Origin: Treponemataceae bacterium
GTDB taxonomy: Bacteria > Spirochaetota > Spirochaetia > Treponematales > Rectinemataceae
NCBI GenBank assembly: GCA_963678065.2
Contig: CAXXVZ010000005.1
Coordinates: forward strand, 768,001-832,000
DNA: 64,000 bases
Direction: 5' to 3'
Made by a program: the position numbers and the translations under genes. The first letter of the stretch is position 1; every line of letters begins with the position of its first letter. Under the pieces are notes generated by a model. That model saw nothing but the letters and a program-made list of their open reading frames with translations, searched no databases and was not told where the DNA came from. Shown piece by piece: positions 41,215 to 52,453 of this stretch.

Positions 41215-42966
41215 CCTGAAATCCCGGGAATAATTTAACCTACAAGACATTTTACGCATAGAACAGAAATAATTCCCACTATTATCACGACATACATAGT
41301 GACAGGTCCTTCAGGTGTAGGCATAATGTGTTTAACCTACACAAAGAGGGACTGCCATGTCATGCATAGTCCACCAGAAAGTCGGTCAGCACACCTACCT
41401 GTATGAGTCAGTCTCCTACCGTGATGAACGGGGTAAGCCACGGGCGCATCGGGTTCCCATCGGAAAAGTAGACCCGGAAACGGGACAGGAAATCTACAAG
41501 CAGGAATACGTGTCGCGTATGGCAGCAGCGGGAACTCCGATCGCTGTCTATTCGCCACCACCGACTTTCACAGAACAGGATGTGCAAAAATCCTCAGTCC
41601 TGCATACCGGCATGGCCCTTTTGCTGAAGCAGTGTGCACAACAAACCGGACTTTCCGAAGTTTTGCGCGATGCATTCCCCCAGACACACGAACTTTTATT
41701 TGCACGTGCCTGCCACATCGTCTGCCGCGGGGAACCGTCCGCATATTGCGAGCAGTGGCTGGAAGACACCGACCTCACGGTTCCCGCCCGGCTCAGCTCG
41801 CAACGGATTTCGGATCTTGTGTCTTCACTGCCAGCATCCCAGGTTCTGCGGTTTTATCAGGCGTGGGTCGCCACGCGCAGTGAACAGGAATATCTGGCAC
41901 TGGATATCACCAGCATCTCGTCGTATTCACAGCTCATCGACGATGTCGACTGGGGGTACAATCGCGATCAGGAAAAACTGCCACAGGTGAATATCTGTCT
42001 GCTCACCGGGGAAGAGTCACACCTTCCCGTGCGCATGGTTGTCTATGACGGAAGCATCAAGGACGTGAACACCCTGAGAACGACGATGGCCGGTCTCACC
42101 GACGGTATCGGATCAAAGGTTCGCATCGTCACCGACAAGGGCTTCACCAGCAAACGGAATATCGAAGCCATGCTCGCGTTCGGGAATGTGGAGTTCATCA
42201 TGGCCCTCCCGTTCACGCTCACCTTTGCGGAAAACCAGGTGCGCAGCGAGAAAAAGGATATCGCGGATATCCGGAATACCATGATGAGCGGCAGCGATGT
42301 CTTCTATGGCGTGACCAAGCGGCGTACATGGGGCACAACGGAGCTGTATACCCACATCTGCTATAACGAGGTGAAAGCGACTCGTGAACGGAACCATCTG
42401 TATGGCTATGTCGCGAACCTGCGATCGCAGGCGCTGTGCGACCCGTGGAACGAGAAACTGAAAGCCGAGTTTGCAGAATATCTCATCATCAGAAAATCGG
42501 AGAAGCGAGAGGATGGAGTCACGGTCAGTATCCGCCAGGATGTGGTGGACGAGCATCTGGCTCATGCCGGGTGGATGGTGTGCGTGAGCAATTCCGTGGA
42601 TACCGTGCAGGAAGCGATCAGGATCTACCGGGCAAAGGATGTGGTGGAAAAAAGCTTTCTGCGCACCAAAAACAGCCTGGGTATCAACCGGCTACGGGTA
42701 CATTCCCAGCAAGCGATGGATGGAATGATGCTGGTAGCCTTCATCGCATTGATTCTCAACAGTCATATCCATCGGATCATGCTGGAGAAAAACCTGTACC
42801 GGAACATGAGCATGACGGATCTGGTGAAGACGATGGAGAAACTCAAGGTCATGGTCATCGGTGATACGCGAATCAATTATCCTGCTACCAAGAAGCAAAA
42901 AGAGATCGCAGAGGCTTTCGGTCTCACGAGCCTTTCTGTAGGTTAAATAATGGGCGGGATTTTAGG
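41215..42966 (+). mobile_element. IS1634-family IS, no DR
   Basis: TIR CCTGAAATCCCG..AATTTAACCTAC / GTAGGTTAAAT..CGGGATTTTAGG. Confidence 0.87.
41357..42946 (+). CDS. IS1634-family transposase
   Basis: ALDITSISS, WGYNRD...LPQVN, VTDKGF, YRAKDVVEKSF..K. Confidence 0.9.
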   Translation: MSCIVHQKVGQHTYLYESVSYRDERGKPRAHRVPIGKVDPETGQEIYKQEYVSRMAAAGTPIAVYSPPPTFTEQDVQKSSVLHTGMALLLKQCAQQTGLSEVLRDAFPQTHELLFARACHIVCRGEPSAYCEQWLEDTDLTVPARLSSQRISDLVSSLPASQVLRFYQAWVATRSEQEYLALDITSISSYSQLIDDVDWGYNRDQEKLPQVNICLLTGEESHLPVRMVVYDGSIKDVNTLRTTMAGLTDGIGSKVRIVTDKGFTSKRNIEAMLAFGNVEFIMALPFTLTFAENQVRSEKKDIADIRNTMMSGSDVFYGVTKRRTWGTTELYTHICYNEVKATRERNHLYGYVANLRSQALCDPWNEKLKAEFAEYLIIRKSEKREDGVTVSIRQDVVDEHLAHAGWMVCVSNSVDTVQEAIRIYRAKDVVEKSFLRTKNSLGINRLRVHSQQAMDGMMLVAFIALILNSHIHRIMLEKNLYRNMSMTDLVKTMEKLKVMVIGDTRINYPATKKQKEIAEAFGLTSLSVG

Positions 42967-43291
42967 TATATAGTATTCTTTCATCTTTCTCTTTAAAATT
43001 CCTAAAACCCTTATTCTTCAATTCTTCTACCATTTTTCCAAGATCTTTTACCATAAAGCACATATGCTGTATTCCCATTTCATTCTTTTCATGGTTTACG
43101 TTTTCATATCCTGCTTTAGGAGTTTGTAATTCAATAATGATATCATTGAGTTTCAGCCATGTAGTATACTCTCTTCCATGAAATCCTTTCGTTTCATGTA
43201 GAATCATAAACCCCAATAATCCACAATAGAATTCTATACTCTCATTATATCTATCAGTTTCTATACACACATGATGAAACGATTGAATCAT
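42967..43291 (-). pseudogene. VOC/glyoxalase family protein, 3'-truncated by IS1634
   Basis: HHVCI...SIEFYCGLLGF, IELQ, HMCF.V.D. The ORF ends in the IS terminus. Confidence 0.8.
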
Positions 43292-43891
43292 CCAGTATTC
43301 CTTATTCAAACCCAGTATTTCAGAAAAGCACACCATTTCAAACAGATCATTTCAGTAGTACAGTGGCTACAACATTTTTTTGCAGCAACTATTCAAAAAT
43401 CACTATGTTATTTTTTACATAGTACCACCATATAAAAATCAGCTACCAGGTACTCCAGAGAGCCGCCCCCAAAATATTGCACCTAACGTTCGCCTGCCTA
43501 CGACGTTGTGGCGAGCATCGGCGAGCCACAATGTGCCTGAGCGGAATGAGCGTTAGCGAGTGCAGCGATGGCCGAAGAAGGAGCCGCAGGCGACTGATGA
43601 GCGTGGGCAGTGCTGTTATCTGCTTTTCGCCCCCTCTTCAAACCTTTTTACCTTCTCTTTATCTTCCTCTTTTCTTCACCTTTTGTACATTTGTTTTCAT
43701 CTCTATTCCGTATATGATTTTATATCTATTCCCACAGTATTTAAAATATTATTCATAATATTTTTGTTATTATCTATAAATTCCATATTCCATTTTCTAC
43801 AACTCTTTTCAATTTTCTTTACCTTTGGAAATTTCTTATTATTTTACTTTATTTCTATTTAATATCAATAATTATTACCTATAGTATCTAT

Positions 43892-43920
43892 TTGACAAAC
43901 AGTTCTACTATATTTATACT
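43892..43920 (+). promoter_or_regulatory. sigma70 promoter of the inverted brnTA cassette
   Basis: TTGACA-17bp-TATACT, with ATG 6 nt after the -10 box. Confidence 0.7.
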
Positions 43921-43926
43921 ATAATT

Positions 43927-44217
43927 ATGATGCCACTACGGTTTTCATGGGATGAATCAAAAAATACGATCAACATCTCAAAACACAACATTCCATTTGA
44001 TGAAGCCCAATCCGTATTCCATGATCCATATGCCAGAATCATTCCTGATCCAGAACATTCAGATCAAGAAGATCGTTTCATACTGTTAGGTTTGAGTCAG
44101 AAGCTCAGACTCTTGCTTGTCTGTCATTGTTATCGTTCTGATGACGACATCATCAGGATCATTTCTGCCAGAAAAGCATCAAAGACGGAATCAGTATATT
44201 ATGGAGGACCGCTATGA
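43927..44217 (+). CDS. brnT: BrnT family toxin
   Basis: FSWDESKN..N..KH.I.F.EA..VF.D...EDR...IRIISARKA. Confidence 0.92.
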   Translation: MMPLRFSWDESKNTINISKHNIPFDEAQSVFHDPYARIIPDPEHSDQEDRFILLGLSQKLRLLLVCHCYRSDDDIIRIISARKASKTESVYYGGPL

Positions 44218-44423
44218 AAACTGAATACGATTTTTCCCAATCAAAACCCAATCCGTATATAAAGAAACTCAGAAAACAGATCACCATCAGAATTGATGTA
44301 GAGACGATTGAGTATTTCAAGAAGCAGGCTGAAACCACAGGGATTCCCTATCAAAACCTGATAAATCTCTATCTGTATGATTGTGCTTCGAAATCTAAAA
44401 AACTTGATCTTGCCTGGAAGTGA
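44214..44423 (+). CDS. brnA: BrnA/CopG-like antitoxin
   Basis: EYDFS...NPY....KQITIR.D...YFK...GIPYQ.LIN. Confidence 0.85.
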   Translation: MKTEYDFSQSKPNPYIKKLRKQITIRIDVETIEYFKKQAETTGIPYQNLINLYLYDCASKSKKLDLAWK

Positions 44424-44800
44424 TTTTCTTCCTCTCGGGGGCGAATTGCAGATAACGTTTTGTGCCTCTGACGTTTCGGACCGCATCGGCGGGCCGAAAT
44501 GTGCCTGAGTGAAGTGAGCGAATGCGAGCGCAACGATGGCCGAAGAGCCCTGAAAGGGCGATGAGCAGGGGCACGGTGTTAGGCGCTTTTGCACGGCGCT
44601 TATTACTCTTCAATATTTTGATACTAATTCTTATTTCTTTATCTTTATTATATTTATTAATTTTCTTATGCTTAAATACTTAGGATCTTTTATGTTTTTA
44701 TTCATATATTTTTATTTATGCTGGAAAATAACTACAGATCATATCGTGAAAAATCCACTTGAATTCTCTCTATCAGAATTTCCATTTCCAAAAGTATTCA

Positions 44801-45220
44801 TTATTCTCCAACAACCCATGTTTTTGCTTCTTCTGGATCCATAAAATACCTGATTACAATATTTTTTGTTATTCCTGAACTAGAAAACTTATTTTTTAAT
44901 TTCAGTTTATTGATGAACGATACTCCTACAAAAGCACATTTCTTTATTTTCCCCGATATTGAGATTAATAGATTTGACATCTCATGAGAAATATTTTTTG
45001 AGATAGTTGTTGAGTATAAATCAATCCAAATACCTGAAACGATGTTCTGAGATAGTGTAAATTCTTTTTCCAACTTTATAAGTTCCATTACCTTCATTTC
45101 ATCAGTATGGAAATTACCTAATTTCAGAGCATGAAGAGCTCCATGCTTATAGTAATACGGAAAATTAGAACCGCTTGGTGATTTCATCGAATATTCTCTT
45201 TTGTCATGTATATTCTTCAT
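44801..45220 (-). CDS. Hypothetical protein (SpoIIAA/STAS-like)
   Basis: C-terminal YF.DPEEAKTWV. Confidence 0.6.
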   Translation of the reverse strand: MKNIHDKREYSMKSPSGSNFPYYYKHGALHALKLGNFHTDEMKVMELIKLEKEFTLSQNIVSGIWIDLYSTTISKNISHEMSNLLISISGKIKKCAFVGVSFINKLKLKNKFSSSGITKNIVIRYFMDPEEAKTWVVGE

Positions 45221-45391
45221 TTCTTAAAGAATTTTCTCTATCTCGCGCCGTGCTATTGCGCCTAACGTTCTGCCTGTTTGCGACGATGGCGTGAGCATCG
45301 GCGAACGCCATTGTGCCTGAGCGGAATGAGCGATAGCGAGTGCAGCGATGGCCGAAGAGGGAGCTTGCGACCGATGAGCGTGAACAGCGCT

Positions 45392-45524
45392 GTTAGTTGC
45401 AGTCGTGACCTTCGAGCGCGCTTGGATGGGGAGACTTGTCTCCCCGTCCAATACTATATCTTGCGCGCGTTCTTCTCTTCCTCTTCTCTTACCCCTATTT
45501 TTTTCTTTCACGATTGCAACTAAC
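45392..45524. other. ORF-less hairpin cassette copy 6
   Basis: Stem variant GTCTCCCCGTCCAA (T-G wobble). Confidence 0.9.
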
Positions 45525-45651
45525 GTTCGCCTGCCTACGACGTTGTGGCGAGCATCGGCGAGCCACAATGTGCCTGAGCGGAATGAGCGACAGCGAGTGC
45601 AGCGATGGCCGAAGAAGGAGCTGAAGGCGACTGATGAGCGTGGGCAGTGCT

Positions 45652-46264
45652 GTTATGTGCTGTGTTTTTGGGGCACACCCTGTTTCTTCTCTTCATTTCT
45701 ATAATTCTTATTCCTTTACTCTTAACCCTTTATCTTTGCATTTTAATACTTTATTCAGATACATACGCACTTTATTTCTCTATACCATAGTTATTTATTT
45801 ACTTTGACAGTGCCTCTTTTCTTATATCCTACTACCTATATATTTTATCCTTAAATTCATATTTACGTTTTCGACTATTATAGTTCAGTACATGTTTTTC
45901 GATGTTTCCAATTCAAAAATCTACCATTTTTACTCATAAACCATATAGTAATAATGCCACTACTCAATATGTTTCTATACTTCAAAAATCACATTTTTTA
46001 GATTCAAATAGTTCATGAGAAAAACAGCAGCATCTTCGAAAGGCGTTTTGAAATCTATGATAATCCTATACCCAGAAATCCTATTTTTTATCTATACCAT
46101 TTTTGTACTGCATATACTACCAACACTGAATATAGCACTGATCCACAATTACTACAGAATTGTGTATAAACCCAATATCAGAAGATTCTATTTTTGAATG
46201 CTCTGACGTCATTCAGAATCATATGGTTTCGCACGAGATCCGCCCCAAAAACATTGCAACTAAC
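45652..46264. other. Long AT-rich ORF-less cassette
   Basis: About 610 bp between attC sites with no credible ORF. Confidence 0.75.
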
Positions 46265-46388
46265 GTTCTGCCTGTTTGCGACGATGGCGTGAGCATCGGC
46301 GAACGCCATTGTGCCTGAGCGGAATGAGCAGAGCGAGTGCAGCGATGGCCGAAGAGGGAGCCTGCGACCGATGAGCGTGAACAGCGCT

Positions 46389-47293
46389 GTTAGTTGCAGT
46401 CGTGACCTTCGAGCGCGCTTGGATGGGGAGACTTGTCTCTCCATCCAATACTCTATCTTGCGCGCGTTCTTCTCTTCCTCTTCTCTTACCTCTATTTTTT
46501 TCTTTCACGATTGCAACTAACGTTTGTGCCTCTGACGTTTCGGACCGCATCGGCGGGACGAAATGTGCCTGAGCGGAATGAGCGAATGCGAGTGTAGCGA
46601 TGGCCGAAGAGGGAGCCTGCGACCGATGAGCGTGAACAGCGCTGTTAGTTGCAGTCGTGACCTTCGAGCGCGCTTGGATGGGGAGACTTGTCTCCTCATC
46701 CAATACTCTATCTTGCGCGCGTTCTTCTCTTCCTCTTCTCTTACCCTTATTTTTTTCTTTCACGATTGCAACTAACGTTCTGCCTGTTTGCGACGATGGC
46801 GTGAGCATCGGCGAACGCCATTGTGCCTGAGCGGAATGAGCGTATGCGAGTGCAGCGAAGGCCGAAGAGGGAGCCTGCGACCGATGAGCGTGAACAGCGC
46901 TGTTAGTTGCAGTCGTGACCTTCGAGCGCGCTTGGATGGGGAGACTTGTCTCCCCATCCAATACTCTATCTTGCGCGCGTTCTTCTCTTCCTCTTCTCTC
47001 TTACCCTTATTTTTTTCTTTCACGATTGCAACTAACGTTCTGCCTGTTTGCGACGATGGCGTGAGCATCGGCGAACGCCATTGTGCCTGAGCGGAATGAG
47101 CGATAGCGAGTGCAGCGATGGCCGAAGAGGGAGCTTGCGACCGATGAGCGTGAACAGCGCTGTTAGTTGCAGTCGTGACCTTCGAGCGCGCTTGGATGGG
47201 GAGACTTGTCTCCCCATCCAATACTCTATCTTGCGCGCGTTCTTCTCTTCCTCTTCTCTTACCCTTATTTTTTCTTTCACGATTGCAACTAAC
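46389..47293. repeat. Tandem block of four ORF-less hairpin cassettes (copies 7-10: 46389-46521, 46644-46776, 46902-47036, 47162-47293)
   Basis: Unit of about 257 bp (HC + attC). Confidence 0.92.
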
Positions 47294-47471
47294 GTTCTGC
47301 CTGTTTACGACGATGACGCGAGCATCGGCGAGCGCCATTGTGCCTGAGCGGAATGAGCAAAGCGAGTGCAGCGATGGCCGAGGAGTCGCCAGCTTCGCTG
47401 GCGGCGACGAGCAGGGGCACGGTGTTAGATGATGTTGGGCACCCTCTTCATATATATTACTTTGCTTTTTC

Positions 47472-48212
47472 TTATATCTTCTTTCTATACCAATATCTAT
47501 ATCGTTCTTCAAATCCTAATTTTGTATACAGATTCTTTGCTATAGTATTATGTGCTAGTACCTGTAAATAGGCAGTTTTAACATCCATTTCTTGTGCTGT
47601 TCCTAAAATCCCTAAAACCATCTCTTTCCCTATACCTTTTCCCCTCATCATCTCATCGACAACAATATCAAATATTCCAACATATCCATGTTCTAAAGCT
47701 CCAAATCCACATCCAATCAGTACATCATTACTTTTCTTACTGACGATTATTGTATCCAGTTTTATGTTATGCAACATTGTACTCAATACTTTATGATACT
47801 TTGGATCTATTTTATTACAGGATTCAAAACCCTTCTCCCACTCTTCATGGAATTCATGTTCTATAATTACGGTTGATTCATGGTCATGGTTTATTGATCC
47901 AAGATTTTTTGTCATAACTATCGTTTCATCAAGACGAGTATAGTTTCTCGTATCAAGAATATTCTCAATTTCAGGTTGTGTATAATCTTCTATTAGCTTA
48001 AAAACGACTGGTAGATCCTGATGTTCATAAACTGTTTCGCAAAAACTTATTTTTTCTTCAAGATCAATTGTTGACGGATACAGAGGATTTATAGAATTAG
48101 CACGTTTGGTATATCCATCAGAAAATCGTAGAATCCAACCATCGTACAATCGTGTTTGTAATGAGGGCCAGGCATTCATTGATAATTCTTCAATAATTTG
48201 CTGCACAGGCAT
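47472..48212 (-). CDS. GNAT acetyltransferase
   Basis: GWILRF..GYTKRANS, RGKGIG, AYLQV...N..A..LY.KLGF. Confidence 0.88.
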   Translation of the reverse strand: MPVQQIIEELSMNAWPSLQTRLYDGWILRFSDGYTKRANSINPLYPSTIDLEEKISFCETVYEHQDLPVVFKLIEDYTQPEIENILDTRNYTRLDETIVMTKNLGSINHDHESTVIIEHEFHEEWEKGFESCNKIDPKYHKVLSTMLHNIKLDTIIVSKKSNDVLIGCGFGALEHGYVGIFDIVVDEMMRGKGIGKEMVLGILGTAQEMDVKTAYLQVLAHNTIAKNLYTKLGFEERYRYWYRKKI

Positions 48213-48378
48213 ATGAAAAATCTCCTCTTTCTCGGGTGCCCAATTTCATCTAACGTTCTGCCTGTTTGCGACGATGGCGCGAGCATCGGCGAGCGCCATT
48301 GTGCCTGAGCGGAATGAGCAAAGCGAGTGCAGCGATGGCCGAAGAGGGAGCCTGCGACCGATGAGCGTGAACAGCGCT

Positions 48379-48510
48379 GTTAGTTGCAGTCGTGACCTTC
48401 GAGCGCGCTTGGATGGGGAGACTTGTCTCCCCATCCAATACTATATCTTGCGCGCGTTCTTCTCTTCCTCTTCTCTTACCCTTATTTTTTCTTTCACGAT
48501 TGCAACTAAC
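48379..48510. other. ORF-less hairpin cassette copy 11
   Basis: Near-identical to copy 1. Confidence 0.9.
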
Positions 48511-48637
48511 GTATGCCTGCCTACGACGTTTTGGCCCGCATCGGCGGGACAAAATGTGTCTGAGCGAAATGAGCGAATGCGAGTGGAGCGAAGACCGAAG
48601 AAGGAGCCGAAGGCGACTGATGAGCGCGGGCAGCGCT

Positions 48638-48775
48638 GTTATATGCTGTCGCGATCTTGGTTTAGCGCACTGAAAGATGGTGGCTGGATGCCACCATTTT
48701 TCAAGTAACATCCTGTGCGCGTTCTTTCTTTATCTCCTCTTCACTTTAGATACATTCCTCGCGATTGCATATAAC
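48638..48775. other. Divergent ORF-less hairpin cassette, variant 3
   Basis: GCGCAC-TGAAAGATGGTGGC-TGGAT-GCCACCATTTTTCA-11nt-GTGCGC followed by a pyrimidine tract. Confidence 0.85.
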
Positions 48776-48948
48776 GTTCGCCTGCCTACGACGTTGTGGC
48801 GAGCATCGGCGAGCCACAATGTGCCCGAGCGGAATGAGCGCATGCGAGTGTAGCGATGGCCGAAGAAGGAGCCGACAGGCGACTGATGAGCGTGGGCAGT
48901 GCTGTTAGGCGTAGTTATTTCCATCTTCATTCATTTATTCTACCCTAT

Positions 48949-49536
48949 TCATTTCTCTTTTATCACGATTTTGAAATATTCTATCAGTGACAATACATCA
49001 GGTACAGAGAATACTGCCTTCTCTATTCTATTGTTCCTCGGATCTATTTCATATCCGTGGGCTTTATAAAATGATGCTTTTCGTAGATCTGCATTATGAA
49101 AAAGCGTTGTTCGGAAAAAGCTTCCTGTAAAGTCGGATTCAACAAGATAGGTATTCTGAAACGCACAATCTACTAGTTCACAGTGTACGAATTTACTTTT
49201 TTTCATTGATACATCAGTAAAGTTACAGGCAACTATCCTACATTCATCGAAATCCATATCAAATGTTGTTTGATCACAATAGTAATAGTTTATACCCAAT
49301 ACTTTACTTTTAACAAACCTTACCCCTATAAATCGTGCCTTGTTGATTTTTGAATTACTGATGTTACACGTATCAAACACACAGTTTTCAAATTGACTTC
49401 CAATCAATATCGTTTCAGTGAAATTGCAGTCAATAAACTGGCATTCAGTAAATTCCTTATGTGCCAATTCTATACCGGTAAAATTGATACCTTTGAATTC
49501 TTTGCCTTCATAGTGAGATTCAAGAAACCCATTCAT
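48949..49536 (-). CDS. Pentapeptide repeat protein
   Basis: Repeating CQFIDCNFTE/CVFDTCNISN/SDFTG/ADLRK units. Confidence 0.9.
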   Translation of the reverse strand: MNGFLESHYEGKEFKGINFTGIELAHKEFTECQFIDCNFTETILIGSQFENCVFDTCNISNSKINKARFIGVRFVKSKVLGINYYYCDQTTFDMDFDECRIVACNFTDVSMKKSKFVHCELVDCAFQNTYLVESDFTGSFFRTTLFHNADLRKASFYKAHGYEIDPRNNRIEKAVFSVPDVLSLIEYFKIVIKEK

Positions 49537-50025
49537 GATGGTTATAGTATCCTATTCATATACTCTACACTATAGATTCTCTGGAAATAATTACGCCTAA
49601 CGTTTCCGGCCTGCGACGTTTTGGCCCGCATCGGCGGGACAAAATGTGCCTGAATGGAACGAGCGCATGCGAGTGGAATGAAGGCCGAAGAAGGAGCCAC
49701 AGGCGACTGATGAGCGTGGGCCGTGTTGTTATCTGATGTTTGAACGCGCTCTTCTCTTCTTTCTTCCCATTTTTAAAACCTTTCTTACTCTTCATTTCAA
49801 AATTTTAAATTCCTATCTTCATTTCCTTATTTTTAACCCATTCTTCTTCCAAAATTCCAAATACCATATCGTCTTTCCATTCATTTTGTATCAAAATACT
49901 TTTTACAAAATATCCCTCATTTCTGAATCCAAGATCTTTCAATAATCGTAGTGATGCTGTATTGCCTGGATCTACTGATGCAATAACCCTATGTTTTTTC
50001 AAAGATATAAATATATAGTCAGTAA

Positions 50026-51333
50026 GGCATCGCGCCAAAATAATTTGACTGCTTTTATTCTTTAGTCGGAAGCAAAGCATAGTTCCAATCGCCATGGAAT
50101 TTTGCCTGCTTAATGTTCAGGGCAGCAAGTTCTTCATCACTAACCTTGATCCCGAGTGGATACGAACCTGAATCCAATTCTGCGCATATTTTCAGTCCCG
50201 CTGCAGTGGTTGTATTTGCAATCAATTGAATAATTACCTCGTGGCTAATCAACGGTCGGCCTCGCCAGTTCTGAGTGATATGGCAAAACATTCGGTGCTC
50301 GATTTTATTCCATTTGCTGGTACCTGGTGGAAAGTGACACACGTGAATTGACATTCCAAGCTGATTCGCTAATTCGTGCAATGCAAGTTTCCAGAGCCGA
50401 CATCGACTACCGTTGCTGCCACCACCATCAGCGGTAATCAGCAATTCTTTTGCAGTACGATACCGTTTCACACCCATTTTTTCCCACCAACGTCGGATGG
50501 CTTCGGCAGCAAAATGTGCGGTATCGTGGTCGATTCCTACACTGACCCAGCCCTTGTTTTCGCTTATATCGAAGACTCCGTATGGTATGGCCTTGCCCAG
50601 CTCTGTATCAATGAAGTCATGAACCATTACAGATTCCGGTTCACCTTTGGGACGCCATTCTCGTCCTCCATTTCGAAATTCCCCAATCAATTCTTTCTTT
50701 TTCGTATCTACCGAGATAACTGGATTCCCTTTACGCTGAAACCGCTTGACCATGGTGTTGATATACTCAAACTGCGCATTTCGATCCGGATGCGACGTTC
50801 CTTCTTTGGTCTTCCGATTGCTCTGTAGACTGTAGCCTTCCGCGTTCAGTAGCCGTCCAACCGTGCGCGGGCTTACTGTGTGCCCTTGTCGTGTAAGCGT
50901 ATCTGCAAGATTACTGGTGCTCAGGCACGTCCACTGTAGTGGCGACTCTGGATCACCCCGTGTCATTGGTTCAATTAAGCTCGTAAGTTTTTCCCTTAAC
51001 TCGGGATCGTTTTCACTGCATCGTTTTCTTCCACCGCCTGGGAAACGTACGCGAGTGCGTATCTTCTCGTGCGGATTACTTTCGCGTAATGCCAGCTCAT
51101 TCATTCCTTTGCGTATTGTGTTCGGCGACATCTTAATCGCGGTATTGACTGCCTGTATCCCACCACGACCATACGCTCTTGCTTCAGCCGCCGCCCATTG
51201 ACGTCGCATTCGTTCATCCATCATGGGCACAAGTGCGTTGTACTTGGAAGCTATTTGTTTTACCGTTGCCTGATCTTGCATACTTCATTATAATATAATC
51301 AATATATTAGTCAAGTTATTTTGACGCATTGCC
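50026..51333 (-). mobile_element. ISAzo13-family IS, copy 2
   Basis: Same TIRs, DR TAA. Confidence 0.92.
50055..51281 (-). CDS. ISAzo13-family transposase
   Basis: Identical to copy 1. Confidence 0.93.
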   Translation of the reverse strand: MQDQATVKQIASKYNALVPMMDERMRRQWAAAEARAYGRGGIQAVNTAIKMSPNTIRKGMNELALRESNPHEKIRTRVRFPGGGRKRCSENDPELREKLTSLIEPMTRGDPESPLQWTCLSTSNLADTLTRQGHTVSPRTVGRLLNAEGYSLQSNRKTKEGTSHPDRNAQFEYINTMVKRFQRKGNPVISVDTKKKELIGEFRNGGREWRPKGEPESVMVHDFIDTELGKAIPYGVFDISENKGWVSVGIDHDTAHFAAEAIRRWWEKMGVKRYRTAKELLITADGGGSNGSRCRLWKLALHELANQLGMSIHVCHFPPGTSKWNKIEHRMFCHITQNWRGRPLISHEVIIQLIANTTTAAGLKICAELDSGSYPLGIKVSDEELAALNIKQAKFHGDWNYALLPTKE

Positions 51334-51878
51334 TAATTGCTTGAATGGATTCTTTTCCAAATCCCTTATGTTGATCCTTTTTCCCTATTGTATACCCAAT
51401 CTCACATTGCTGATTTTCTGGATCTATAAAATGAATTCCAATATCTCCAATAATTATATCTTCATAATAGATCCCAATCTAAAACCAAGTATTCACAACA
51501 TTGAAAAACAGGGAGCTATTTTTAATAAATGCTTCAACATCATTGATGGATTTTGGTTTGAAGGACTGAAACTCCATACTTGAAGGATCAGATCGGTATT
51601 CAAACATTTTTAGAGAATCTTCCAGAACAATATCTTTCAACACCAAACGGTTTGTCAGAATGTTAATATAACCCATCGCCTTTTCCCTGATCTCGCGTGT
51701 TCAAATTTCAGATAACGTTCGCCTGCCTACGACGTTATCCTGGCGCTAACCGAGCGCCAGGATAATGTTCCGCAGCGAAGCGGCAGCTGAGCGGAGGATG
51801 AGGAGCGCACGCGACGATATGTGGGCAGGTTGTTAGCTGAAGGTTTTGGTCTTTCTTCTTTCTCTTTCGTTAATATTT

Positions 51879-52265
51879 TTAACTTCTATACTGTTTGAAA
51901 TCGATTATTTTGCTCATTAACTCAAAGTGTTTGTCCAGACTATACAACTCCAAATCATTATCTCGGACATTTTGAACAAGTATCAAATCTGGTATCCCTA
52001 CCCTATTTATTCCATTTTTTAGATTCTTTTCCTGAAACCGTATTATTTCTTCCCACCCTATTCCCAATTCTATTTTCCTGATACTTTTTAAAAACCCTAT
52101 TAACTCATTCTCTTTCTTTACCCTTAAGAAGGGTAGTATTTCTGCAAGAATCAAATCATTGATACATATCTGATTTTGATCAATCAATTCATCCAGAATA
52201 ATGACACTTTGACTACCTCGAAAATAGTCGATCCAGACTGAAGAATCCACAAGAATGTTTTTCAT
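51879..52265 (-). CDS. vapC: PIN/VapC toxin
   Basis: LVDSSVWIDYF...PDLIL...SLDKHF. Confidence 0.88.
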   Translation of the reverse strand: MKNILVDSSVWIDYFRGSQSVIILDELIDQNQICINDLILAEILPFLRVKKENELIGFLKSIRKIELGIGWEEIIRFQEKNLKNGINRVGIPDLILVQNVRDNDLELYSLDKHFELMSKIIDFKQYRS

Positions 52266-52453
52266 CTTTTTCTTATATCATCAAGATTTATATCAAGATT
52301 AATCTTACCATAATACTTCTTGATACCTTTGATCTTTTCTCTTTGAATAATATTCTCAAGAGCTGTTTTGATGAGATCGGTCTTCGTTTTCAATTTCGTC
52401 AAAGCCAGAGCTTCTGACACAAGGCTTTCAGGAAGATCCAAAGTGGTTCTCAT
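52262..52453 (-). CDS. vapB: VapB antitoxin
   Basis: MRTTLDLPE.LV.EA. Confidence 0.83.
   Translation of the reverse strand: MRTTLDLPESLVSEALALTKLKTKTDLIKTALENIIQREKIKGIKKYYGKINLDINLDDIRKR

Larger units (their letters stand above)
49805..51676 (-). pseudogene. RimJ/RimL GNAT paralogue 3, with a nonsense codon and ISAzo13 insertion
   Basis: TAG at 51479 where the paralogues encode Gln. IS at 50026-51333. Confidence 0.85.
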
